From NCBI GenBank assembly GCA_951406725.2, contig OX597820.1:54126001-54190000 (forward strand): a stretch of DNA of 64,000 bases. Direction: 5' to 3'. Shown here in pieces: positions 16,074 through 29,530 of this stretch (the stretch's first letter is position 1; each line of letters opens with the position of its first letter). The notes under the pieces are model-generated. The model was not told the DNA's origin, ran no database searches, and saw only the letters and a list, made by a program, of their open reading frames with translations. The DNA is from Octopus vulgaris. Its lineage: Eukaryota. The position numbers were made by a program, and so were the translations under genes.

Positions 16074-17000
16074 TCTTCATAAATGACTTGCCCGACGACC
16101 TCACGCAACACACCCTTCTATTTGCCGACGATATCAAACTGGTCGCTCCTCGCGGTAGTATAGAGGATCTTCGTCGATGCCTCCACCAAATTTGGAAGTG
16201 GTCTAACGATTGGGACCTGTGTCTGAACGTGTCAAAGTGCTGTCATCTGCCTGTCGGCTCTACTCCTGCAACTCAACTTGATTTCGAGCCGGGTCGTCTG
16301 CTGCTGGAGAGGACCGATCAGGTAAAGGACCTGGGTATCTTGGTGGATTCCTCCTTTTCGCCTTCGGCCCAGTGCGTCCATGCTGCCAACAAAGCGCACG
16401 GAATTCTGTTTTTGATTCGACGGTCATTCGGAATGCTCACAGCAGCCATATTCCTGCCACTCTATGTCACGCTGGTGAGACCCATATTGGAGTATGGGAT
16501 TCAAGCCTCTTCTCCTTATCTCCTCAAAGACATACAGCACCTCGAAAGAGTCCAGAGGCTGGCTACCCGCATGGTTCATGGTCTCAAAAATTTGTCCTAC
16601 GAAGAAAGGCTGAGGACGCTCGACCTTTGTTCTCTTGAAAAACGCCGCCGCCGTGGTGATCTCATTCTCGCCCACAACATCATAAGCGGGAAGTGTAACC
16701 TCTCGAAAGAGCTGTTCTTCACTCCTGCTCCGGAGCGTCGGCTGCGGGGTCATTCCGAAAAGCTCTACCTGCGACGATTTCATCTCAATCGAAGGAGAGG
16801 AGCTTTCTCCGTCCGGGTTGCGGATCCGTGGAACAAGCTGCCAGACGAGATGGTAAAGATGCCGACGACCGCTTTGTTCAAAGCCTCCCTGGACCTCAAG
16901 TGGCCTGAACTCTTTACATGAACACCACCCTGTACTTAACTCCATGTCCCCCTACATGGCCTTGCTATTTGCTTTTGAGCCAAATTAACTAACTAACTAA
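14381..17000 (+). mobile_element. 5'-truncated CR1-clade non-LTR retrotransposon (LINE)
   Basis: Abrupt GC-richer island; partial APE endonuclease plus RT; short 3' UTR with stem-loop ccatgt-ccccct-acatgg (16942-16959) and (TAAC)n tail 16986-17000; no ORF1 and no clear TSD. 5' boundary approximate. Confidence 0.92.
16034..16921 (+). pseudogene. LINE ORF2 C-terminal part: RT motifs 4-7 and CR1-type C-terminus
   Basis: QGSVLGPLLF, FADD catalytic motif, KDLGI, LERVQRLATR, RGHSEKL, WNKLP; continues the upstream ORF after a frameshift at about 16028-16033. Confidence 0.92.
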
Positions 17001-17182
17001 ATTGTTGGGTTTTTTTTTCATTAGGGGACCTCGAGGCTTGCATAAAGCTACAAATAATAGCAAGAAAATATCAGGTTGAAAACCCCTTGTGGATCGGAAA
17101 AGTGCAAGGCAATATTCAAGCCGATATTTACAAGCTATTATTTATAATCTTATACGAGGCTCGAGAGCCACTTTTCTCCAAA

Positions 17183-17265
<83 letters not shown>

Positions 17266-17278
17266 ATAGATATGGACG

Positions 17279-17315
<37 letters not shown>

Positions 17316-17614
17316 ATACATTCAATTATTTAAAATACATACTGGTTTCAAATTTTGACAACCTGCCTATAATTTCGAGAGAAGGGAAAAGTCGATTAGA
17401 TCGATCCAAGCATACAGTTGCTACTCAATTTATCGACCCCTTAAAATGGATTAAAAGCAAAAACTGGTTTTGACAGAATTTGAACTTAGTATGTAAAGGC
17501 GGACGAAAAGCCGCTCAGTAGTTTGGCTAGCGGCGCAAACGATTCTGCCAGTACGTCGCCTTATTTAATATGCATATATTAAAAAGTATATATATTAATA
17601 TATATTCAATGTAT

Positions 17615-17835
17615 CTTTTATCTTTTACTTGTTTTAGTCATTAAAACTGTGGCCATGCTGGGGCAACTCCTTGAAGAATTTTCAGTACTTATTTTTCTAA
17701 GTTTGGTACTTATTCTATCGGTATCCTTTGCCGAACCAAAAGATTACGGAATGTAAACACACCAACACTAGTTGTCAAGTGGTGGTGGTGGTAGTGGTGG
17801 TGGTGGAGGTGGTGGGGAAACAAGTAAACAAACAA

Positions 17836-17868
<33 letters not shown>

Positions 17869-18030
17869 AATATATGCAACGGTCTACTTTCAGTTTCTTT
17901 TTACCAAACACATTCACACGGCCTTGATCAGCTCGAGGCTGTATAGTAGAAGACACTTACCCAAGTTGCCACGGAGTGGGACTGAACCCGGAACCATATG
18001 GTTACGAAGCAAGTTTCTTACCATACAGCC
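17615..18030 (-). mobile_element. Diverged family A SINE
   Basis: Head and tail motifs recognisable with many substitutions. Confidence 0.75.
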
Positions 18031-18046
18031 TCACACACACACATAC

Positions 18047-18136
<90 letters not shown>

Positions 18137-18581
18137 GTATGTGTGTGTGTATGTACACACGCACACAGGCTCGCACATAATCTGTGTGTTTTTCAGGCAA
18201 GGCACATATCTATATTTCTTGTTTCGTTGAGAGAGTGCGTAGGCTTCTTCAATTTTCTTTTTTTTTTTTAATATATGCACTCATATTCTTTTATTTATTT
18301 TTTTGTTAAAAATAATATTCTGAGACAGCGTCACGTAGACCACATCAAGTTTTTCCGTCATTGAAGGGGGCTTCCCCAGCAGGTCTAGCCACTGTCGCAG
18401 TATTTCTCACTTGAGGTGTGAATAGATCAAGTGGTTTTCTTTTACATCTATATAAGTACACATGCACGTACACACGCACGTATACTCACTCACACACGCA
18501 CACACACCTACATACACAAACACAGACACACGCAAATAGTCATAAATGCGTGTGTATTTGAATGAATGTACTATACACTCA

Positions 18582-18624
<43 letters not shown>

Positions 18625-18894
18625 TTAAAGGTGCACACATGTGTGCTTGTTTGAATGTTTGTATGTTTGAGAATACCTATACATATATATGTGCATATAT
18701 ATATATATATGTATATGTATATATATATACGTGTGTATATATACATACACACACATATATACACATATACATAACTATATTTATATATATATATATAAAC
18801 GTGCACATATAATATGTGTACATGTTTCAATGTTTGTATGTTTGAGAATACGTGTACATATGATATATACCTATATATGTGCATATATATATGC

Positions 18895-18938
<44 letters not shown>

Positions 18939-18965
18939 ATATATATACATGTATGTATGTGTGTA

Positions 18966-19023
<58 letters not shown>

Positions 19024-19423
19024 TATATATATGTGTGTGTGTGTGTGTAAAATGTGTGTATGCAGGTGTTTTGTTTATGTGTGTATGTGTCCTCTGAAGT
19101 CGTCACATCACTCATATTCAGCCACCATCACATTATCACATATGCAACAACAGACCAGAAATATGTTACTCTGTGGTCTGTACTATACACCTCAATGTGT
19201 GTGGAAAGTGCTTAGAAATCGGAAGTTAATAATTATCTCATACGAAATCTCTCATGTATTCTACCGCTCACACCTCTCTCACGTAGACACACGCACACAC
19301 ACACACTCACACTCAGCCACATACATACACTCACACACATTAAAATATACAAAGTCATCCACACCCTTCCACTCATCTTACACTCATAATCACTTCTGCA
19401 AACGTACAAATTTTTTCATATAT

Positions 19424-19472
<49 letters not shown>

Positions 19473-19723
19473 CATATATATATATATACACTATGTATAT
19501 GTGTATGGGTGCCCATGTTCTCCCTTAGACCTTATTTATACACACACACACACACACACACACGCATAGCACTCACCACCCAATATGCACGTTTATACAG
19601 ACAGCTACGCACATTTTTACGTAATTACGTTCAGTCTACAACCTTATATTCTCTATGAACAAACGCACACACCCATACACAAACACACACACACTTTTAC
19701 ATGTGCGTACTCACTCGATCATA

Positions 19724-19767
<44 letters not shown>

Positions 19768-20039
19768 AACACACACACACAATAAAATTGCACACAAAAA
19801 CAAATATTCTTTGCTAAGCATAATTCTAGTTGGTCACTTTCTATAGATATCCTCTTTGTGCCAAAGACATGGCTTCTCTGTTGTTACTTACCCTGTTCAG
19901 TATAGCAGTGAAAGCTTCCTCAAATTATGCTACATCGTGTTAAAAAGAAAGGATGTCGCATGCTAAGATATCTACAAAAGGAGGATTCAAAAGCACCAAC
20001 AACCGTGTCTTTTCTCAATACACTTACACATAGACATGC

Positions 20040-20270
20040 TTATTTCTTTACTACCCACAAGGGGCTAAACACAGAGAGGACAAACAAGGACAGACGAACG
20101 GATTAATTCGATTATATCGACCCCAGTGCGTAACTGGTACTTAATTTATCGACCCCGAAAGGATGAAAGGCAAAGTCGACCACGGCGGAATTTGAACTCA
20201 GAACGTAGCGGCAGACGAAATACTGCTAAGCATTTCGCCCGGCATGCTAACGTTTCTGCCAGCTCGCCGC
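20040..20270 (-). mobile_element. Young monomeric family B SINE
   Basis: Complete ggcggcgagctggcagaaacg...gtaaagaaata unit; catgct on both flanks may be a short TSD. Confidence 0.9.
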
Positions 20271-20642
20271 CATGCTGATGCCACAGACAAATACTCAGGA
20301 TGTTGTGCACACTAACATATTTCCAGACATATATCGAAGTCCAGGCTTCCATACTTAAAGTGGTCGAACTAAAATATTACTTAAACAATTGAAATTATAA
20401 CTGTAAGAAGAAAAGTAATTAGTGTTAATGAAAATTACTCTGAAAAGAAGCAAGGGCCAATACTCTTGGAATTTCAGTTTAGAAAGAGGAAACAGAAATG
20501 TGGATGAGGATGGTGGGACAATGTTTCGATTGTATTGTCTGTGCGAAACACAAGTGCTGAAATCTCATGACTACTAACAACAACTTTGAAAGTTGGAAAC
20601 TGTTATGTCGCAATACTACACAGTGGATGTGTGAGCTACGAA

Positions 20643-20655
20643 ATCCTCGTCGCCA
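20643..20655 (-). promoter_or_regulatory. Primer-binding site TGGCGACGAGGAT, complementary to the 3' end of tRNA-Ser(GCU)
   Basis: Metazoan tRNA-Ser(GCU) ends ...ATCCTCGTCG-CCA; plus strand reads atcctcgtcgcca directly beside the LTR end. Confidence 0.7.
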
Positions 20656-20656
20656 C

Positions 20657-20832
20657 TGTTATATCGCACGTTCGGATGCCTTCTACTCAACTCTGCTCTA
20701 CTCTTCTCTGTTCTAGTCTCGACTGTTCTTCACTCTACTTTGTTCTAGTCTGAACTCTGACGTCTAGGCTTCTCCCACTATATCTACGTATTGGGCTAGC
20801 CTACTTCGTCGTCTGGGGGCGTCTACACAACA
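20657..20832 (-). mobile_element. 5' LTR of a Ty3/Gypsy-type LTR retrotransposon remnant
   Basis: Minus strand TGTT...AACA termini, followed after 1 nt by a PBS. Confidence 0.65.
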
Positions 20833-21619
20833 GAAACATTTACGGTTCATTTACCTATTTGCAATGAATGCATATAATCTATTTTTACGTATTTGAAGTC
20901 TCTCTGAAGCGAAGGAGCTGGACTCTGACAAAGATACAAAGTTTCGTTGTTAGAAAGTTGACAACAAAATAGTGTTAACTTTTGAACTTGAGAAAAATCT
21001 TGCATAACTTTCCTGTTCCGCTTACAATTTGTATTTGTAATGTGCGTATTAGCTGGTTGGTTTCTTTTTCTGAAAATCCTTGGTTTTCCAGATTGTGACT
21101 TAGTCATTTACAAACAAAACAAATGCATCAATTACGATTGGTATAAATGCGAATTTACGGTTTGGTTATAGAAACTGAGGGTTTCGAAGTAATGGTTCGT
21201 AGTTATCTTCTTTCTCTTTGATTTTCAAGGAGGCAATCACAACATGGCAGCTGAACTCTATGAGATTGCCGATCTCATAAGATTTATGCACGGTACAAAT
21301 TTTAATAGAAATTAGTATCTCTGTGATGTCTCATGTCATGTGGTCTGGATTATTTTTGATTAGGGTTTCAATTTAGTCATCATCAATGACTGGAGGATAG
21401 AATGTTCACGGTCCAGAACTTAGCAAATTCCAGAACTTAGCAAACCATTTAAGAACAGTCCTCTCAGCAATGGCACTATCTCCATAAACTGCACATATCT
21501 TTTTTCACAGTTTGTGCAGCATTTAATCTTTTATTGAAATAAAACAGAATCAAATAACGAAAACGTATCTAGTTTTCCTCTATTTTGACTTTTAGCGTAA
21601 AACATTACAAATAAAGTAT

Positions 21620-22110
21620 TGATACATTGTCAAAGAATTGGTGATGAGACTCAATTGCTTTACGATGTGGTTAATATTTGACCCATACAACTTCAGGTCA
21701 TTAACGAAGATGAGGGGTTGTTGGACCATTCCTAGAGCTACTGTGGTTTGTGATTAAGTATGCCAGGGGGTTCAGTGAGAGTAGAAAGACTAGTTCTGAG
21801 AAGCTATGACCCTGAAGGATGTCTTTCTGGTAGTGTGTAGTGTTAGATTTGAAGTCAACATAGTCACCTCAAAGAAGGCGGTGTACCAGCTTTTAGTTAG
21901 GTGGTGGATGGCAGCTTCTAGTGGTAGTGGTACGTTGACTAATGGCAGTGCTTGGATAATCAACCCATTTGGTATACTCTCAAGGGCTATTTGATAGTCC
22001 AGCCACACCATAGCCAAGTTTTGGAATTCTTTACTGCTTTTTCTGTATAATTTTGTTAACTAGTAGGTGTTCAATACACCCACCACTCTTCTTTCTTTCC
22101 CTCAGTTTGT
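21620..22110 (-). pseudogene. Decayed RT core of an R4/Dong-like (RLE-type) non-LTR element
   Basis: Frame-hopping translation GCIEHLLVNK...NLAMVWLDYQIALESIPN...ILQGHSFSELVFLLSLNPL...IFVNDLKLYG parallels GCxEQLLINK...WIDYKKAFDSVPH...FQGDSLSPLLF...NPL...YMDDLKLYA. Confidence 0.75.
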
Positions 22111-22183
22111 TATGGTACAATGGCCCTGTAAAAACAAATTGAGACAACCAGTGTTCATTTCATATACGCTCTTTTAACGGGCT

Positions 22184-23566
22184 ACACCTCTAATACTACT
22201 ACCAATACTAGTCACTAACAACAATAATCACAAACTAACATTACTGTTAATTATACTACCAGTTAATATCACCATTGTTACTATTAATCACAAACTAACA
22301 TTACTGTTAATTATACTACCTGTTAATATCACCATTGTTACTATTAATACATTTTCACTGCACTACTACCACCACCGCCGCCGCCACCACCATCGCCTCC
22401 TCCACCACCACCACCACCACCACCGGGCGGTGATATGGTGATATTTAGCTTCGATGGTTTAATTATTTTGCGGGATGAGACAGCTGATGGTTGTTGACAG
22501 CCATGTAGGTATGTGTAATGTGCCCTTGACACTGCATACCGTCTTACTAAATCTCACCGATAGAAGTTGAGGACTTTTTAACCAACAACCTGAAATAAGG
22601 TCTGGATCTGGGGATTTCCTGTTTGGTATTTTTCTCAGGACCGTTTCAAGTCGATTTTGCAGAGTTTTCGTTGAACATCATTGTAATATCCCAGTTCTAT
22701 CTCATCTATCCATTTAGCTTTTTCATGGAACTCACCATTCCTCTTCTAAATTAATCTCCGATAACTTTCCATTTGTTCTGCTGACGAGATTTTTCTCACT
22801 GATAATCTGCTTTTTGTTTTCTTTTTCTTTTTTTTCTTTTTCTTTTTTTCTTTCTCTTTTTTTGAAGCTGCGATAGACTGACTTGATCCCTAGATAACAA
22901 TATATTCCGAAGTTTTCCTTTTATACTCTGCAGACTTTTAATTTCTCAGCTGTCGCCGTATTTCTTGCTTCAGGTGGTGGAGTTCGAAATTTAAGGTTTT
23001 GGCTTTTGAATCTCCAAACTACTTCCCTAGTCCATCTTTTAACCGTTCTTGATGTTTCTGAATTTGTTGATGATTTTTCCACTTGATAGCTACGATAACC
23101 AGCGAGATAATTTTACGAAGAAACAGAATTTTATTTTATATATATGCATGTATGTGAGCGTGTGTGTATTGTCACCGTCTGACACAGTGCTGCCACACAA
23201 AATCCTAATATCCAATCACCTCTATTACGATTAGCACGATGATGTTGAAAATGGTTCAAAGAGCGGGAAACATGATTTTAATAATCGTTCAAACTGCTCT
23301 GATTGGAAATGTGATGGTGGCGCGGCAGCAGCAGTTGTGGTGACGGCGGTGGCGGCGGCGGCGGCGATGGTGGTGCTGGTGATGGTGATGGTGGTGGTGG
23401 TTGTGGAGGCGATGGTGGTGGCGGCGGCGGTGGTGGTAGTAGTAGTGCAGTGAAAAAATGTATTAATAGTAACAATGGTGATATTAACTGGTAGTATAAT
23501 TAACAGTAATGTTAGTTTGTGATTATTGTTGTTAGTGACTAGTATTGGTATTAGTATTAGTGGTGT
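22184..23566. repeat. Long inverted repeat pair (22184-22400 / 23405-23566); left arm carries a 60-bp tandem duplication
   Basis: ccaatactagtcactaacaacaataatcacaaactaacattactg...cactgcactactaccaccaccgccgccgccaccaccatcgcctcc is reverse-complemented at 23405-23566; unit 22226-22285 repeats at 22286-22345. Confidence 0.9.
22550..23080 (-). pseudogene. Upstream fragment of the same or a similar R4/Dong-like element (RT region 0)
   Basis: IPNRKSPDPDLISGCWLKS (about 22580-22630) resembles PNWKSPGPDxIxGFWLK; collinear with the RT core at 21620-22110. Confidence 0.55.
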
Positions 23567-23898
23567 GGTGGTGTTAATTGTAGTGTTGTTGTTAAGTCGT
23601 AGGACGATACAGATGTGACAGGCTTTCGATCAAAACCATTCCGTCAATAACCGTCCCGTCTTTCAATTCCAGATATCATTCATTAAATACATAATTATTT
23701 CTACCAGAGATACAAAGGCTGAAATTTGGTGGGTGGAGGGGCATGTCGGTTACATCAGCCCCCAGAGTTCAACTGGTATTTATTTTATTGATCTTGAAAG
23801 GATGAAAAGCAAAGTAGACCTTGGCGGAATTCAACTCAGATCGAAACAAGAAATGGGAGAAATGTCACTGAGGATGTTATCCGACATGTCACCGCTGT

Positions 23899-24281
23899 GG
23901 AAGCACTCCGTCGGTTACGACGACGAGGGTTCCGGTTGGTCCGAATCAACGGAACAGCCTGCTCGTGAAATTAACGTGTAAGTGGCTGAGCACTCCACAG
24001 ACACGTGTACCCTTAACGTAGTTCTCGGGGATATTCAGCGTGACACAGAGAGTGACAAGGCCGGCCCTTTGAAATACAGGTACAACAGAAACAGGAAGTA
24101 AGAGTGAGAGAAAGTTGTGGTGAAAGAGTACAGCAGGGATCACCACCATCCCCTGCCGGAGCCTCGTGGAGCTTTTAGGTGTTTTCGCTCAATAAACACT
24201 CACAACGCCCGGTCTGGGAATCGAAACCGCGATCCTATGACCGCGAGTCCGCTGCCCTAACCAGTGGGCCATTGCGCCTCC
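23899..24281 (-). mobile_element. Full-length family C SINE with 15-bp TSD
   Basis: TSD acatgtcaccgctgt at 23884-23898 and 24282-24296; tRNA-like head tggcccactggttagggc...gtttcgattccc. Confidence 0.95.
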
Positions 24282-24369
24282 ACATGTCACCGCTGTATAT
24301 TTAACTCGTCCGTAATGTAATGCAGCGTTCATTTTAAGATGACAAGGTATGATTTAAGGGAAATTTAGA

Positions 24370-24772
24370 TGCAGGAGTGGCTGTGTGGTAAGTAGTTTGC
24401 TTACCAAACACATGGTTCCGGGTTCAGTTCCACTGCGTGGCACCTTGGGCAAGTGTCTTCTACTATAGCCTCGGGCCGACCAAAGCTTTGTGAGTGAATT
24501 TGGTAGACGGAAACTGAAAGGAGCCCGTCGTATATATGTATATGTACATATATGTGTGTGTGTGTGTTTGTGTGTCTGTGTTTTCTCCCACCCTATATCA
24601 CTTCACAACCGATGGTGGTGTGTTTACGTCCCCGTAACATAGTGGTTCGGCAAAAGAAGACCGATAGAATAAGTACTAGGCTTACAAAGAATAAGTTTTG
24701 GGGTCGATGTTATCGACTAAAGGGGGTGCTCCAGCATGGCCGCTGTCAAGTGACTGAAATAAGAGTAAAAGA
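24370..24772 (+). mobile_element. Family A SINE
   Basis: Head and tail match other copies. Confidence 0.85.
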
Positions 24773-25140
24773 GCGGATGAAAGGGCCCCATAAAGGCTTT
24801 GTAATAGTTGTATCAGTGGTGATGTGGTTGGTGCTATAGTAAGGGGTGGGTTAATTAAAAAAACGCCCTACGATTGGTGTCAAATAAGAAGAATTCTATG
24901 ACATATAAATATGGGTTAATTGATCAATTAACATCTCGATGGTGGGGTTGATGTATAGAGTGGTGGTAGCCAGGGTAGATATGAAAGTGCTGTTGTGGTA
25001 GTCGTATAGCTGGTAGGAGTGATGATTATAGTATCGTATTGTGTTAACCGTGGTAGTGGTGATGGGACATTGGGGAGTTAGGTGGCAGTAGAAAGTATAG
25101 TGTGATTTATTGAGTGGGGTTTTGGTGGTGGTATTGGTAC

Positions 25141-25645
<505 letters not shown>

Positions 25646-25924
25646 TTTGTTGTTGTTGTTTAGCTCCAGGTCAGATCTGATAAACACACCCATAGTTAAA
25701 GATATTTCCGACATAACAGACCCGGACTTTTCTAATTATGTGCAGGGAACTCAAGGGCACATTATCCAACGTCCTTTTTCTTAAAAAGCGGGATAAAATT
25801 AGAAAGAGATTTAGTCACTATTTCTAGCAAATCGAGTGACCATGTAAACACTCTGTAATAGCAGAGACAGAGAATTAATGTGAGCTAATTAAGCATGAAG
25901 TTGCTCAACAATACACACTAACTT

Positions 25925-26205
25925 CTGATCGGCAAATGTGATGTTTCTCCTCTCTTCATCTTTTTGTACCGTTGCTGCTATGGTTTCTGCTTCTTGGGGC
26001 TGGCTGGTCTAGTACCACTTCTAGGCGCTTTCATTTGTCTCTCTTCCTCCTATCATCCATATCGTATCCATCCCCACCTCAAATTCTGCGCTGAGTTTTT
26101 CCTTGCCAGCATTTCGACTCCCTAGAATTTCTCCCCGAATAAATCTTTTCTGCAGATGTTGACGTGCAACCGTGTTAGAAGAATGTTAATGGCATCAACC
26201 TCGCC
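25925..26205 (+). pseudogene. Second decayed 3' end of the Jockey-group LINE ORF2
   Basis: Translation LYRCCYGFCFLGLAGLVPLL...LSSSYHPY...FLPE*IFSADVDVQPC*KNVNGINL matches FYRYxxGFCSxELAxLVPPL...LSSSSHPY...LP..IF....LQ.FK.NVN; same pattern as 11320-11570. Confidence 0.6.
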
Positions 26206-26787
26206 GCTCTTAGAGGAGCTGCTAAACAATGGGTACAGTCCCTTCATCCTGACCGAACAGAAAATAATGAGTTCTTTAATCCTTGACCAGCTCTGATCGA
26301 GTAAAACAATTGCAAAAAGCATTCTAGCGATGGATCTTCCGTGCTTTCATCTCCAAATAGATACACATCTAATAAGTCCGCCATTTTCAAAGACATTAAT
26401 GTGTGATTTTTAAGAATAGTTGGCTACTATTTCTAGCATTGTACAGTGACCACCTAGAGGCTTCGAGCCAACAAGAAAGCCTATAGGTTGTTGCTGGACC
26501 TGCTCAAAAATCGTTGCTGAATTTCCCTCAAATTCCACTTCTCTGCCTTAGGGAAAAGAAATATAAAATAAGATGTGGTCCTGGAAATAAAACGGGATGG
26601 TCAAGGTAGAAATATCTTTAGAATATAGGTCTGCATGATCAGGGCTGACCTACGGTTAAACAAAACAACGATATAAGTGCTTTCTCGTTGGTTTATAAAT
26701 ATAAAGATTTTACTGAATGAAATGATGGTGGGGTTGGCTAGAATGAGAGAGGAAGTGCAGAATGACACAGTGGTAAGTTTCTGGGAT

Positions 26788-26855
<68 letters not shown>

Positions 26856-27289
26856 TGTTGGTGGTGGTGGTAGTAGTAGTAGTAACTGCGTTATTATGGT
26901 AGTTTTACCGTGGTGGTTATGGGGATCGAAAAGAAGCAGTGAGGGGGTAATACTGCATCTAAGCGAACGGGGTGAATAAGGATGACACATAGTCCCTGAA
27001 GATTCATCTAAGGTATGTCGTGACAGCAAAGACAGCTGGATGTGGTCCTATGTTAAGGCGTGGTGTTTGTAGGTGTCTACGGCTGTCTTATGTCATACAG
27101 AATAGTTAAAAGATAATGCTGCCTTTTATTATATTCTTAACATTGATGCATTTTTATTGTGAATGAAATACGTAGCTTCTCATTCAGGTTCTTATTTTCG
27201 GTCCTCTTACGAGAATGCTTCTTCAGTACTTCTGTTCACCTTAATTGCGTACCCCTCAGTTTCATGCTAACATTCATCACTCAACTGGT

Positions 27290-28355
27290 CCTCCGTCGAT
27301 TACGACAATGAGGATTCCACTTGATCTGATCAACAGAACAGCCTGTTCGTGAAATTAACGTGCATGTGGCTGAGCACTCCACAGACACGCGTTTTCCTTC
27401 ACATACTTCTCAGGGAGATTCAGTGTGACAAAGAGTGGGAGAAAGGCGGCGAGCTGGCAGAAACGTTAGCACGCCAGCCGAAATGCTTAGCAGTATTTAT
27501 TCTGCCGTTACGTTCTGAGTTCAAATTTCGCTAAAGTTGTCTTTGCCTTTCATCCTTTCGGGGTCGATTAAATAAGTACCAGTTACGCACTGGTGTCGAT
27601 ATAATCGACTTAACACGATTGTTTGTCCTTGTTTGTCCCCTCTGTGTTTAGCCCCTTGTGGGTAGTAAAGAAATAAGTATTTTGTCTGCCACTACGTTCT
27701 GAGTTCAAATTCCGCTGAGGTCGACTTTGCCTTTCGGGGTCGATTAAATAAGTACCAGTTACGCACTGGAGTCGATATAATCGACTTAATCCGTTTGTTT
27801 GTCCTCTCTGTGTTAAGCCCCTTGTGGGTAGTAAAGAAATAAGTATTTTGTCTGCCACTACGTTCTGAGTTCAAATTCCGCCGAGGTCGACTTTGCCTTT
27901 CGGGGTCGATTAAATAAGTACCAGTTGCGCACTGGGGTCGATATAATCGACTTAATCCGTTTGTTTGTCCTGTCTGTGTTAAGCCCCTTGTGGGTAGTAA
28001 AGAAATAGGTATTTCATCTGCCGCTACGTTCTGAGTTCAAATTTCGCCGAGGTCGACTTTGCCTTTCATCCTTTCGGGATCGATAAATTAAGTAGCAGTT
28101 ACGGACTGGTGTCGATGTTATCGACTTAATTCCTTTGCCTGTCCTTGTTTGTTCCCTCTAGCCCCTTGTGGGCAATAAAGAAATAAAGAGTGGGAGAAAG
28201 GTGGTCCCTTGAAATACAAGTAGTATTCATTTTTGGTAGCTGAGTGGACTGGAATAAAGTGTCTTGCTCAAGGACACAGCGAGTCGACGTAAATCGAACT
28301 CACGACTTTACGAGCGTGAGTCGAATATCCTTAACATTAAGCCACGCGCTTTCGC
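27290..28355 (-). mobile_element. Older D-head/C-tail SINE interrupted by a family B multimer
   Basis: C tail at 27290-27430 resumes with the D head at 28200-28355. Confidence 0.75.
27445..28184 (+). mobile_element. Family B SINE head-to-tail tetramer under one 15-bp TSD
   Basis: TSD aaagagtgggagaaa at 27430-27444 and 28185-28199; one full unit plus three headless units joined at about 27675, 27841 and 28007. Confidence 0.92.
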
Positions 28356-28396
28356 TTACCTCCCACTCAACTATGACTTGAGAGAATATATATACA

Positions 28397-28456
<60 letters not shown>

Positions 28457-29530
28457 AATAAAATGTTAATTGAATTTTACAGTACTCAAAATTTCGTAGG
28501 CGCAGATGAGAGCCTATGTCATCAGATGTACGTAGTGTGGGGGAAAGGGGGACAAAGCAAGAGAATTTAATGATTGTTTCTACGTGAAAAAATATTTGAA
28601 GGGCTTCTATTGATCAGTAAAAAATATTGGGAGGATTTTCTATTGATCAACGGAGAACATCAAATAGTCTCAGAAGCTACTTTATAAATTCTCCTTACTT
28701 TCACCTTGAACAATTAACAAGAAGTCTTCACAGATAGAAGATCTCTCGCCTTCGCGTAAAATCTCTCCAACGCAATTGTTTAAAACCGGGAATTCAGTAA
28801 AATCTATTATAAATAGCTGAATCCTATAAAATCAAAACAGTAATTAAATAAAATAGATTTAATAATCAATTTTTCATTGGATGACTGGAAAGTGGTTATT
28901 TGTATGGCATCATAACCTTCATCATAACCATCACTATTAGTATCAGCATAACCACTAGGATTTCACTGTCACTATTTATCATCCATTACCATCATAACTA
29001 CCATCATCAGCACCATCACTACCACTATTCCCACCACCACCACCACCACTATCATCGTCACAACCACTATCCTCAACTCATTGATACCGTTCCCCCACAA
29101 CCACACTCTTACCACCCGCCACATCCATGATAAAACCGTTCATTAGCTAACTACCCCCACCCCACCCCACCACCACACACATTATAATGCCTCTCACCAC
29201 CAACGCCACAGACGCCGACGCTGACACTACGACAACCAACTCACCATAAACGAACTCCACATTGCCTCTGGCACTCAAATGACCATGAACACTTCCATCG
29301 TAACACTACATTTTCCTCAATACCGATACTACCATCAAACTCATCACCACCGTTACATTTCTTCGCCGCCGCTACAACTACCACCGACACCTCCATCACA
29401 ACACTGCACCAGCTGTATCATTACTAACACCAACACAACTTTTTTGATCATCATTACTATAACCAGCGATCCTTTCACCATCATAAATCTCTTGACCACA
29501 GTCAATAAACACCAATGCCGCCATCATACC

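Noticed and set aside
20847-21107. 86-aa minus-strand ORF with possible donor sites
   Set aside because: No recognisable domain, no clear acceptor, no partner exons.
26240-26385. Minus-strand aaaatggcggac start suggesting a retrocopy (MADLLDVYLFG...)
   Set aside because: Stops after 46 codons, matches nothing I recognise, and adjoins a plus-strand LINE remnant.
27445-28184. CRISPR-like regular repeats
   Set aside because: Units are whole SINE bodies without unique spacers; eukaryotic context, no cas genes.
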